The notes below the pieces were generated by a model that did not search any database, had not been told where the DNA came from, and saw only the letters and a list, made by a program, of their open reading frames with translations. Positions 18,546-27,340 of a stretch of 33,078 nucleotides of DNA are shown in pieces. The first letter of the stretch is position 1. Each line of letters begins with the position of its first letter. The translations under genes were made by a program, and so were the position numbers. Source of the DNA: a virus; IMG/VR virus record IMGVR_UViG_3300020039_000707. One strand, written 5' to 3'.

Positions 18546-18578
18546 ATTAAAAAAAACATTGGAACTAAACCAATGTTT
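18546..18578 (-). terminator. Terminator-like hairpin in the 5' leader of the serine recombinase
   Basis: Minus strand AAACATTGG-TTTAGTT-CCAATGTTT followed by T5 (plus coordinates 18554-18578). Confidence 0.6.
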
Positions 18579-18604
18579 CAAACTATTTATCTTTGATTAA
18601 TTTA

Positions 18605-18632
18605 ATTTTATCATTAATAATTATTTTGTCAA
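18605..18632 (-). promoter_or_regulatory. Promoter upstream of the leader hairpin
   Basis: Minus strand TTGACA (18632-18627) and TAAAAT (18610-18605), 16 nt spacer. Confidence 0.5.
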
Positions 18633-18906
18633 TTGGTTTAAAATACTTTTTATTTCTTTAAGGGAATATTTCTTATGATGTTCAGGAATATAATAGTTTT
18701 TATTATTAATTTCATTTACTTGATATTCGTATATCGTTAGTTTAATAGGCTTCTTAATTATATAAACAGTTGGATTTATAAACTTTAAGTTAGTACCATT
18801 TAATACCTTTATTGTGCCTTTATTTACCTTATATGAAGTTTTATTAATTAATTCGAGTATTTCCTTATTAGTACTAATATGTTCTTCTAGAGTGAAATTA
18901 GCATAT
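18621..18906 (-). pseudogene. Open frame without a usable start codon; possible decayed or frameshifted small gene
   Basis: Minus strand reads YANFTLEEHISTNKEILELINKTSYKVNKGTIKVLNGTNLKFINPTVYIIKKPIKLTIYEYQVNEINNKNYYIPEHHKKYSLKEIKSILNQLTK*. The ATG with a good GGAG site (18904-18902) is in a different frame. Confidence 0.4.
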
Positions 18907-18958
18907 AAAAAAGTTCTCCTTTCTCAAAGAAGAACTTCAGTTTTTATATAAAAGAAAA

Positions 18959-18981
18959 CTACGATACTTTCGGTATCGTAG
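18959..18981. repeat. Perfect inverted repeat
   Basis: CTACGATAC-TTTCG-GTATCGTAG. Confidence 0.7.
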
Positions 18982-19077
18982 ACTGTATCTAAATGGAGCG
19001 ACTGATGGAAGCGTCCCGAACCCCTTGGACGTCTGCTGAATAGCGAGATGTTACAAGGAAGGAAGGAGGAAAAAGCC

Positions 19078-19374
19078 ATGGGAATACAAATAGAAAAATT
19101 AAAAATTGATAGTGAATTTAAGGAGAAAATTAATAAGACATTTGGTAGGAAAAACCTTGAAATTACTTACTTTAATGGCTATATCGTAAAGTTCAATAAA
19201 TGCAACATGGAAAGCATAAGCCCACATAAAATATTATTCAGTAGTCCTACTAAAAACCTAATAGTATTACACTATGCAGATTACATGGAAAACGATGGAT
19301 TATACTTCGTAGATGGAGAAAGTGAACCATTAACGATTACAAAATTGCGTGATTATGTTAGAAATTATTTCTAG
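19078..19374 (+). CDS. Small hypothetical protein of the mobile element
   Basis: MGIQIEKLKIDSEFKEKINKTFG...; preceded by AAGGAGGAAAAAGCC. Confidence 0.6.
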   Translation: MGIQIEKLKIDSEFKEKINKTFGRKNLEITYFNGYIVKFNKCNMESISPHKILFSSPTKNLIVLHYADYMENDGLYFVDGESEPLTITKLRDYVRNYF

Positions 19375-19574
19375 GAAATTCATAAACACGAACAATCTCT
19401 CTCGCTATTTAACAAAAATTTAAAATAAACCTACAATTACACTTCAAATGAAATGACAATGAACTGCAAATTTTACTTCAAAAAAACCTACAAAAGATAG
19501 TACAAAAAATCTCATTGTCAAGTGTTATAATGATTATAATAGCGGAAGCTATAGCGAGGAGGAATCAAGGAAAA

Positions 19575-19760
19575 ATGAAGAAACAAGTTGTTATTGTGCC
19601 AGACAATGTTGGAATATACATTAGAGTTGGCAATCCAAGTCAAATTGATGATAAAAATATTTTAATGCTTCGACAAAGTGAAGCAATAGATTTATATAAA
19701 AATTTAAAAAAAGGACTTTCACAAGTGCCCTATTTGTCATTGAATGGAGATGATAGATAG
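19575..19760 (+). CDS. Small hypothetical protein translationally coupled to the integrase
   Basis: MKKQVVIVPDNVGIYIRVGNPSQIDD...; GAGGAGG upstream; TAG overlaps the GTG of the next gene. Confidence 0.65.
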   Translation: MKKQVVIVPDNVGIYIRVGNPSQIDDKNILMLRQSEAIDLYKNLKKGLSQVPYLSLNGDDR

Positions 19761-21538
19761 TGGCACTTTTTAATAACCAAGAAAAAGTAGCAGGAATATA
19801 TGTCAGAGTATCAACCTTCGATCAGGCACGTGAAGGTTGGAGCTATGAAGAACAGGAAGATTCGCTAAAAAGAATATGTGAAAACAGAGGGTTTCAAATT
19901 TATGGAATTTATGGAGATCCTGGAATATCCGGTAAATACTTACAGAAAAGAAAACATCTACAACAATTATTAAATGATATTCGTGACAAAAAAATAAATG
20001 TCGTAGTTATGTGGCGACTAGATAGATTAGTAAGAGGAGTATCCAACACACAGGAAGTTATAAAGGTAGCCAAGGAAAACAATTGTGAATTAGTAACTGC
20101 CATGATAGACCTTGATTACAAAAGTGCAAGTGGTAAGTATATGATAAACATGGAAGCTGCTCATGGCGAATATGAATTGGATATCATATCAGAAAGAACT
20201 ATACTAGGACTACATAGAGCCATAAAGGAAGGACACCTAACTAAAGTACCATTTGGATACATGAGAGATTTAGAAGGACCAGATAAAAAGAAAGTTATAA
20301 TTAATCCAAAAACAGCTCCAATAGTTAAGAGAATGTTTGAATTATATTTGAATGGAGCATCGTGTCAAGAAATATCTGATACATTAACAAAAGAATATCC
20401 AACTCTCGAAGAACCACTCAAAAGACATACTATTGAAACAATGCTACAAAATGAAACATATGCAGGAATGTATAGATTAAATAAAAGAGCAGAAGAAAAT
20501 GGAACCGGAGTATCAGAATTATTGGAAGATGTTGTAGAACCGATAATTGATAGAGAAACAATGCAGTTCGTAAAGCGAAGAAATAGTGAAAACAAATTGC
20601 ATTTAAAAAGAAAAAAGACATACTTATTTATGCGAAAAATTAAATGTCCTAATTGCAATAAAGATGTATTAGGTGGAAGTTATAGTATTGGTCGCCATGG
20701 TGGAATATACAAGTATTATCAATGTAATAGATGCAGAACCACAGGGCTTATACCAGAAAGAAAAATTGAAGAAGCTTTCATTAAAGAAATTGATTACATC
20801 ATAGACTACTTCCTAATAGCAGACTTTGGAACAATTCCAATAAGAGAAAAACCTTATATGGTTGGCGATGGTGCTGAAGTAGAAAAAAGCCTAGATAGTA
20901 TTAAATGGAAAGAAGATAGAATCAAGCAGGCATTCTACAGTGGGATGATAGAGTTTGATGAATTTGAAAGAGAAATGACAACCATCAAAGCAAGAATAAA
21001 AGTATTAGAAAAAGAAATGAATAAACAGACAAGAGACCATGTAAGAATACCTAATGACATGAATATTAGTATATATGCTACATTAAGTGAAATAGAAAAA
21101 AGAAAAAGTATGTCCTATAATTCTAGAACAGAAAATCGCTGGGATATGCTAACAGAAGAAGAAAAACAAAAAATTATTGATGAATACATAGAATCAGTGG
21201 AAGTATCAATATGCGATGATGATGGAGAAAAAAGTGTAGAAATTGAGAATATAAAAATCAGAGAAAAGAAAATTGATAACTTCGCATATATGTTCAGACA
21301 GGATATGATGGATATGACAATTAAGAAAGAAGATAGGAATATTCTAATATCTAAACCATTAAAACAAAGAGAAATAAAAGATTTTGTAAAAGAGATAAGT
21401 AGATTTTATAACATACAGGTTTATGAGTCTGAATTAAAAGATTTCAACGAAATTAATTCATCAAAAGTAGTAAAAATAATACCAATAAGTAAATCAAGAA
21501 CGAATAAAGAACAATCATACACGATAATATCAGTCTAA
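19760..21538 (+). CDS. Large serine recombinase / phage-type integrase
   Basis: VAGIYVRVSTFDQAREGWSYEEQ; GDPGISGKYLQKRKHLQQLLNDI; WRLDRLVR; recombinase domain; zinc ribbon CPNCNKD...YYQCNRC. Confidence 0.94.
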   Translation: MALFNNQEKVAGIYVRVSTFDQAREGWSYEEQEDSLKRICENRGFQIYGIYGDPGISGKYLQKRKHLQQLLNDIRDKKINVVVMWRLDRLVRGVSNTQEVIKVAKENNCELVTAMIDLDYKSASGKYMINMEAAHGEYELDIISERTILGLHRAIKEGHLTKVPFGYMRDLEGPDKKKVIINPKTAPIVKRMFELYLNGASCQEISDTLTKEYPTLEEPLKRHTIETMLQNETYAGMYRLNKRAEENGTGVSELLEDVVEPIIDRETMQFVKRRNSENKLHLKRKKTYLFMRKIKCPNCNKDVLGGSYSIGRHGGIYKYYQCNRCRTTGLIPERKIEEAFIKEIDYIIDYFLIADFGTIPIREKPYMVGDGAEVEKSLDSIKWKEDRIKQAFYSGMIEFDEFEREMTTIKARIKVLEKEMNKQTRDHVRIPNDMNISIYATLSEIEKRKSMSYNSRTENRWDMLTEEEKQKIIDEYIESVEVSICDDDGEKSVEIENIKIREKKIDNFAYMFRQDMMDMTIKKEDRNILISKPLKQREIKDFVKEISRFYNIQVYESELKDFNEINSSKVVKIIPISKSRTNKEQSYTIISV

Positions 21539-21710
21539 TGACAAAAATCGACAATTGTATTATAATTATACTAGTGGGTAGTATAACTTTAATTTAGGGA
21601 TATACAAAATTTTAATAAAATTAGTATGTCCTTTTTAATCGTGGATTAAAAGATTTATTTGGTAGTAAAAAAATGCAGTAAATAAGAATAAGAAAAGAGG
21701 AAAAACAAAA

Positions 21711-22145
21711 ATGAAAAATGAAGCTGATATTTATAATGCTATCGATTATAGAAAAACAAAAAATGCAGTACAACAAGTAATGCAGGTATATAAATTACTA
21801 ACATTACGATTAGAAGAAAGTAAATGCCCAAAGATAACTGGTAAGTATGGTCTATCATTTGGTGGTAATACTAACTCAAGGAAATCAAATGTTGAAGGTA
21901 TGGTAATGAAAACTATTGTCTTGGAAAATAAAATAGATGAATATCTAACGAGAATAGTAAATGCTTTCAATAAACTTGAAGATGATGAACGCAGATATTT
22001 ATATTATAAATTTTTTGATCCATCGAATCCTACAGATGAACAAATAATACAACACTTTAATAGGTATGAATATGGTTTTAGAACATTAAAAAAACAAGCC
22101 TATATAAAATTTGCACTTATTATGTGCGTGGAAGTTTATAAATAA
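21711..22145 (+). CDS. Phage ArpU-like / late transcriptional regulator-like protein
   Basis: Small helical protein with KLEDDERRYLYYKFFDPSNPTDEQIIQHF...YGFRTLKKQAYIKFALIM (sigma-region-4-like architecture). Confidence 0.5.
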   Translation: MKNEADIYNAIDYRKTKNAVQQVMQVYKLLTLRLEESKCPKITGKYGLSFGGNTNSRKSNVEGMVMKTIVLENKIDEYLTRIVNAFNKLEDDERRYLYYKFFDPSNPTDEQIIQHFNRYEYGFRTLKKQAYIKFALIMCVEVYK

Positions 22146-22181
22146 CTTCCTTTTTTTATTCATCGAAAGGAGGTGGTACTT

Positions 22182-22379
22182 ATGAGAGATCAAATTCAAG
22201 TTAAAGGAACGCTACCACTAATAGCAGATTTCTTGAATACAACTGAAAGCCGGATATACGATGTCTTTAACTTGAATATTAAAACAAAAGCGGAAATAAG
22301 AAAAGAACAGAAAGGAGGAGAATCAGATGGACTTACCGATAAAGGCAAAACCATACCAGCACCAAAAGATAGCATTTAA
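22182..22379 (+). CDS. Small phage protein, function unknown
   Basis: GGAGGTGG upstream of ATG 22182; overlaps the SNF2 gene. Confidence 0.5.
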   Translation: MRDQIQVKGTLPLIADFLNTTESRIYDVFNLNIKTKAEIRKEQKGGESDGLTDKGKTIPAPKDSI

Positions 22380-23739
22380 CTTTGCTCTAGAGAAACTAGA
22401 AACCAATGAATGTTGTGCCTTACTTATGGATATGGGATTAGGAAAAAGTCTAACATCAATAGCCATTGTTGGAGAATTATTCAAAGAAGAAAAAATACAA
22501 AAAGTATTAGTTGTCTGCCCCACTTCAATTATAAGTGTCTGGGAAGAAGAATTTAAAAAGTTCGCCGACTACGAATACAATATAGAATCACTTACAGGAT
22601 CAACAATGAGTAAGAGAAAAGATAAACTAAAATCACTATTTTATAAGCAAGGACTAAAGGTTGCTATTATCAATTATGAAGCTACATGGAGAATGGAAAA
22701 AGAGATAAATATCTACAAGCCAGACATAATCATTTGTGATGAATCACAGAAGATTAAGAATCCAAGTGCAGCACAAAGTAAGACAATGCACCGATTAGGT
22801 GTGAAAGCTAAATACAGAATCATCCTAACAGGAACACCAGTACAAAATAGTCCGATGGATGTATTTAGTCAATGGAAGTTCTTGGATCCTAATATTTTTG
22901 GGTTAAGTTTTTATGCATTTAGAAACCATTATGCAGTTATGGGTGGATACTACAATCATCAAATTATTCGATTTAAGAATATGGATGAACTAACTAGTAA
23001 AGCTCATAGTATAGCATACAGGATAACCAAAGAAGAAGCTTTGGACTTACCTGATCAAATATTTTTGAATAGGTATTGTGAACTAGAACCAACAGCAAGA
23101 ATAACCTACGATAAAGTAGCCAAAGAAAGCTATGCAGAACTTATGGATGGCGAAATAACAGCAACCAATATCCTAACAAAATTGATAAGGCTATCACAAA
23201 TATCCGGCGGACACGTTAAAGATGATGATGGCAGGATTCAGGTTATATCCAAAGCCAAACTAAATGAACTCAAAGACATTATGGAAGATGTGATAATAGA
23301 TAACCGAAAGAAACTCGTAGTCTTCGCAAGATTTATTCCAGAGATAGAATCAATCAAGAAATTATCAGAAGAAATGAAGATAAAATATGCCTATATCACA
23401 GGAGAAGTAAAAACCGAAGATAGAGGGAAAGTAAGAGATGAGTTTCAAAATAATGAAGAAGTAAAGTTATTCATAGCACAGATACAAACTGCTGGACTAG
23501 GAATAACACTAACAGCAGCCGACACTGCTGTTTTTTATAGCCTTGATTTTAATTATGCTAATTACAGTCAGGCAATAGCAAGGACACACAGAATAGGACA
23601 AAAGAATACTTGCACCTACATAAACCTTATATCAACAGGAACTGTTGATGAAAAGATTAATAAGGCACTTGCTAACAAAGAAGATATTGCTAAAAATATC
23701 GTAGATAACTGGAAAGAATATTTCAAGAAGGGAGAATAA
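22327..23739 (+). CDS. Phage SNF2-family DEAD/DEAH helicase
   Basis: LLMDMGLGKSLTSIAI, VVCPTSIISVWEEE, ICDESQKIKN, ILTGTPVQNSPMDVFSQWKFL, YSQAIARTHRIGQKNTC. Confidence 0.95.
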   Translation: MDLPIKAKPYQHQKIAFNFALEKLETNECCALLMDMGLGKSLTSIAIVGELFKEEKIQKVLVVCPTSIISVWEEEFKKFADYEYNIESLTGSTMSKRKDKLKSLFYKQGLKVAIINYEATWRMEKEINIYKPDIIICDESQKIKNPSAAQSKTMHRLGVKAKYRIILTGTPVQNSPMDVFSQWKFLDPNIFGLSFYAFRNHYAVMGGYYNHQIIRFKNMDELTSKAHSIAYRITKEEALDLPDQIFLNRYCELEPTARITYDKVAKESYAELMDGEITATNILTKLIRLSQISGGHVKDDDGRIQVISKAKLNELKDIMEDVIIDNRKKLVVFARFIPEIESIKKLSEEMKIKYAYITGEVKTEDRGKVRDEFQNNEEVKLFIAQIQTAGLGITLTAADTAVFYSLDFNYANYSQAIARTHRIGQKNTCTYINLISTGTVDEKINKALANKEDIAKNIVDNWKEYFKKGE

Positions 23740-23740
23740 T

Positions 23741-25426
23741 GTGTTAAAACTTTTTAGTTTATTTTCAGGTATCGGAGGACCAGAAAAGGCACTAAAAAGA
23801 TTAGGAATAGACTACGAACTAGTTGGATACAGCGAGATAGACAAATATGCTAGTAGAAGCTATTCAGCAATACACAATGAACCAGAAATAAAGAATTATG
23901 GAGATATAACTAAGATCAATGAAAAGGACTTGCCAGACTTTGATTTACTTACTTGGGGATTTCCTTGCCAAGACATTTCAATAGCAGGAAAACAGGCAGG
24001 AATACATGAAGGTACGAGGAGCGGTTTATATTATGATGGATTAAGAATCCTAAAAGAAAAGAAACCAAAGTATTCACTAATCGAAAATGTAAAAGCATTA
24101 ACAAGTAAGAAGTTCAAAGATACATTTGAAAGCATCCTACTCGATTTAGAGTGTGCGGGATACAACAATTATTGGAGTGTGTTGGATGCTAAAGATTATG
24201 GTATTCCCCATCATCGTGAAAGAGTTTTCATCGTTTCAATAAGAAAAGACCAATGTGGCTGTGAGTTTACATTTCCAGAAAAAGAACCATTAACAATAAA
24301 ACTAAAAGACTTACTTGAAGATGATGTAGATGAAAGATACTACTTGAGCGATAGAATGATAAATACTTTTTCTGACATGACAAACAGGAATGGATACATA
24401 AGAGGAAAATGCTTCAAGCCACATACACTTGATGATGATAGAGTCGCCAATACAATAAAGACTACAGCAGGATCAAGACCAGAAGATAACTATGTAAAAA
24501 GAAAGTACGATGAATTCATTGAAGAAAATGGTTATATGCCAGAAATATTCAATCCCTACAACAAATCCGAAGTAAAGGATGTAGCCAATACAATAACTGG
24601 AGAATGTGGTAGCAATACATCATCAGCTACACATTTATTACTTATACCAGAAGCTACCAAGAAGGGATATGCAGAAGCCGAAGCTGGCGATGGCGTGTAT
24701 ATTAACAGACCACATCAAAAGCGTGGCGTAGTTCAAAAAGAAAAGATACAAACCATAAAGACTACCCCAGACATTGGAGTTGTTGTAGAAAAGAAAATAA
24801 AGTATGAAGAACCACTTGATAGAGATGGATGGCACACCATGAATAAAATAGTGTTGAATCCAGAAGGAATATCGACAACGATAAATGCTCAATCAAATAA
24901 TAGTCTTCAGAAAATTAAAGAGCCAAGTTTGAGGATCAGAAGATTGACTCCACTTGAATGTTGGAGATTAATGGGATTCGATGATGATGATTTTTATAAA
25001 GCACAGGCAACAGGAAATAGCAATACGCAACTTTATAAACAAGCAGGTAATTCCATAGTAGTAAATGTATTAGAAAAAATATTCAATAAATTATTAAAGG
25101 AGAATGAAATGGAAACAATTATAACTAGTGAAAATTTAGAAAAAATATGGGATGAAAGTCACAAAAGAGTCATGGAACTTACAGCATTAAGAGATAAAGC
25201 TCCAAAACTTTCTGATGACATTGATAACCTAAAAAGACATTACATCATATGCTTAAATGCTATAACAGTTAGAGATTATAACAAGATAGAAGCTACAAGA
25301 AAAGAAATCAATAAACTTGAAGATGCATTCAAAGAAACCAAGAAACAATATGATGAAGATGTTGACAGAACAGAAAGAGCTAAAAAGATTAAACAAGAAA
25401 GTGAGGAAAACAAGGATGGAGAATAA
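23741..25426 (+). CDS. DNA cytosine-5 methyltransferase with C-terminal helical extension
   Basis: LFSLFSGIGGPEKAL, WGFPCQDISIAG, LIENVKAL, RERVFIVSI, RRLTPLECWRLMGF, LYKQAGNSIVV; GTG start. Confidence 0.93.
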   Translation: MLKLFSLFSGIGGPEKALKRLGIDYELVGYSEIDKYASRSYSAIHNEPEIKNYGDITKINEKDLPDFDLLTWGFPCQDISIAGKQAGIHEGTRSGLYYDGLRILKEKKPKYSLIENVKALTSKKFKDTFESILLDLECAGYNNYWSVLDAKDYGIPHHRERVFIVSIRKDQCGCEFTFPEKEPLTIKLKDLLEDDVDERYYLSDRMINTFSDMTNRNGYIRGKCFKPHTLDDDRVANTIKTTAGSRPEDNYVKRKYDEFIEENGYMPEIFNPYNKSEVKDVANTITGECGSNTSSATHLLLIPEATKKGYAEAEAGDGVYINRPHQKRGVVQKEKIQTIKTTPDIGVVVEKKIKYEEPLDRDGWHTMNKIVLNPEGISTTINAQSNNSLQKIKEPSLRIRRLTPLECWRLMGFDDDDFYKAQATGNSNTQLYKQAGNSIVVNVLEKIFNKLLKENEMETIITSENLEKIWDESHKRVMELTALRDKAPKLSDDIDNLKRHYIICLNAITVRDYNKIEATRKEINKLEDAFKETKKQYDEDVDRTERAKKIKQESEENKDGE

Positions 25427-25829
25427 GATAGACTTACAGTTAGCAGATACCTTGCAAGAATTAAGAGATGCTAAAGAGCATTTGGAGGCATCCTTGAAAG
25501 AAACTAATGCTTTGATAGAAGATATCGAGCAAGACCTAGTTCAAGCGATGTTGACCGCAGAATTAGACTCATTCAAGCGAAATGGACACACCTACTCACT
25601 AAAGGTAGATACATTCGCATCAGCCAAGGCAGAATGCAAGGATGAATTATTCAAGGCATTAAGAGAAAACAATGCTGGAGATTTAGTTCAAGAACAGGTA
25701 AATGCTAATAGCCTACGTGCGTTTGTTAAAGAATTAAAAGCTAACAACGATGATGAGATTCCAGAATGGATAGCTGATTATATCAATGTTTATGAAAAAA
25801 CTAAAATTGCAGTAAGAAAAAGTAACTAA
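25416..25829 (+). CDS. Phage helical/coiled-coil protein (Gp157-like candidate)
   Basis: ATG 25416 overlaps the methyltransferase stop; MENKIDLQLADTLQELRDAKEHLEASLKETNALIEDIEQDLVQAM... Confidence 0.55.
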   Translation: MENKIDLQLADTLQELRDAKEHLEASLKETNALIEDIEQDLVQAMLTAELDSFKRNGHTYSLKVDTFASAKAECKDELFKALRENNAGDLVQEQVNANSLRAFVKELKANNDDEIPEWIADYINVYEKTKIAVRKSN

Positions 25830-25854
25830 CCTGTGATATAATATTGCTTGAAGG

Positions 25855-26553
25855 ATGGTGTTGAAATTGAAAAAGAAAGTTTTAGTAATTGTTGGAATAA
25901 TACTTGTAGTTTTAATTGCAGCTGGAGTAGTAACAGGTTTCAAAGATAACGCTAGAGTCAGAAATAATCTGGAGCCTAAATATGTAATTAAAACAGTCAG
26001 TTATAATGGAGAAAAAGTTACTTATTGGGGACTAGGATATAAAGTAGTTAGGTATGTTTCAATTAGTCCAAACGAACCATTTAAAAACAACATTGGATTA
26101 AAATTTGGTAGTTGGCTTATGGTATATAAGTTACCAGAAACCAATGAAAACAATATTATTTCTGATAGAACTATGATTGCAGGAACAGCCGATACAATTA
26201 AGGTAGAAAAACTTGAATTACAAGATGGCAATAAATTTAATAATTATTTAGAACGTGATGGTAAAACCATTTATTTAGCTAGTAATATTAGAGAGATTTA
26301 TTATATTGAACCAAATAACAAACGAACTTTAAAAGAATACATTACACCGTTATATGCAAATTTAGATGATATCATGAAAGGTATAACGAATTATTTGCAG
26401 ACTCATGATGAATTAAATGATGGAGGAACACAAATACATAAATCATTTCAGTATGATATTACAATAGTAAAATGTAATACATTAGTTGGAAGTCATGATT
26501 ATTATATTGGCGATTATAATATGCAGTACGATAATGAGTCAATGTGCAAGTAA
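25855..26553 (+). CDS. Membrane-anchored extracytoplasmic protein, candidate moron
   Basis: LKLKKKVLVIVGIILVVLIAAGVV N-terminal TM segment; soluble remainder; terminator directly downstream. Confidence 0.6.
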   Translation: MVLKLKKKVLVIVGIILVVLIAAGVVTGFKDNARVRNNLEPKYVIKTVSYNGEKVTYWGLGYKVVRYVSISPNEPFKNNIGLKFGSWLMVYKLPETNENNIISDRTMIAGTADTIKVEKLELQDGNKFNNYLERDGKTIYLASNIREIYYIEPNNKRTLKEYITPLYANLDDIMKGITNYLQTHDELNDGGTQIHKSFQYDITIVKCNTLVGSHDYYIGDYNMQYDNESMCK

Positions 26554-26559
26554 AATACA

Positions 26560-26585
26560 AGCGAATCCAAGTGATTTGCTTTTTT
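26560..26585 (+). terminator. Terminator after the membrane protein
   Basis: AGCGAATC (26560-26567)/GATTTGCT (26573-26580) followed by T-tract. Confidence 0.65.
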
Positions 26586-26613
26586 AATGCCATAAAAAGA
26601 AAGGAAAAAGAAT

Positions 26614-27318
26614 ATGGAAAAAAATGAAGTAGCAGTAAAAGAAAATAATTTTGTAGTACCATCAGGAAACCTAGAAATAGATACAGAAGATCTTGATGGA
26701 TTAACAATATCATTTGATAAGGTAAGCATACCTTCAGGTGGTGGACAAATGTGGGAATTACCCGGAGCAGACAATCCAGATGAGCCAGAGTTCTCGAAAG
26801 AGATAGAAGGTGTCATAGTGGATCACTACCCTGTTAATGCTTACTTTGAAGAAGAATACAATGGACAGGCACAGCCACCTGCTTGTAGTTCAATGGATGG
26901 AAAACTTGGAATTGGAGAACCCGGAGGTGCTTGTGCTAATTGCCCACTCAATAAGTATGGCAGTGCCGATGATGGTAAAGGTAAAAAGTGTAAGAACTTA
27001 AGAAGGATATACATCCTACGTAGTGGCGAGATCCTACCATTATTAGTAACATTGCCACCTACTAGCATAAAGAACTTCTCTGATTATATCTCAAAGAGAA
27101 TCGTAACCAAGGGTATGAAAGCCTGTGATGTCGTTACCAAGATGACACTAACAGTTGAGAAAAGCCAAACAGGAATAAAATACTCAAAGGTACAATTTGC
27201 AATAGCTAGACAACTAACACCAGAAGAAAAACAAGTTATGAGAAGTTTTTCAGAGAATATAAAACAAACCACTAGATTACAAAGGATTGATGAAACAGAT
27301 AATAGCGTATTAGAGTAA
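26614..27318 (+). CDS. Phage replication-associated protein with a Cys motif (ssDNA-binding-like candidate)
   Basis: PPACSSMDGKLGIGEPGGACANCPLNKYGSADDGKGKKCKNLRRIYILRSGEILPLLVTLPPTSIKNF. Confidence 0.5.
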   Translation: MEKNEVAVKENNFVVPSGNLEIDTEDLDGLTISFDKVSIPSGGGQMWELPGADNPDEPEFSKEIEGVIVDHYPVNAYFEEEYNGQAQPPACSSMDGKLGIGEPGGACANCPLNKYGSADDGKGKKCKNLRRIYILRSGEILPLLVTLPPTSIKNFSDYISKRIVTKGMKACDVVTKMTLTVEKSQTGIKYSKVQFAIARQLTPEEKQVMRSFSENIKQTTRLQRIDETDNSVLE

Positions 27319-27340
27319 AAAAAAGATGAGGAGGGAAACA

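Noticed and set aside
19909-20658. Minus-strand ORFs in the second serine recombinase
   Set aside because: Antisense shadows of a well-supported integrase.
21746-22523. Minus-strand ORFs over the ArpU-like and SNF2 genes
   Set aside because: Antisense to supported phage genes.
22327-25426. Restriction-modification or DISARM/BREX-type defense (SNF2 helicase plus cytosine methyltransferase)
   Set aside because: The SNF2 and methyltransferase genes are embedded in a normal phage replication module with primase and VRR-NUC and lack the other signature genes, so defense is not the best explanation.
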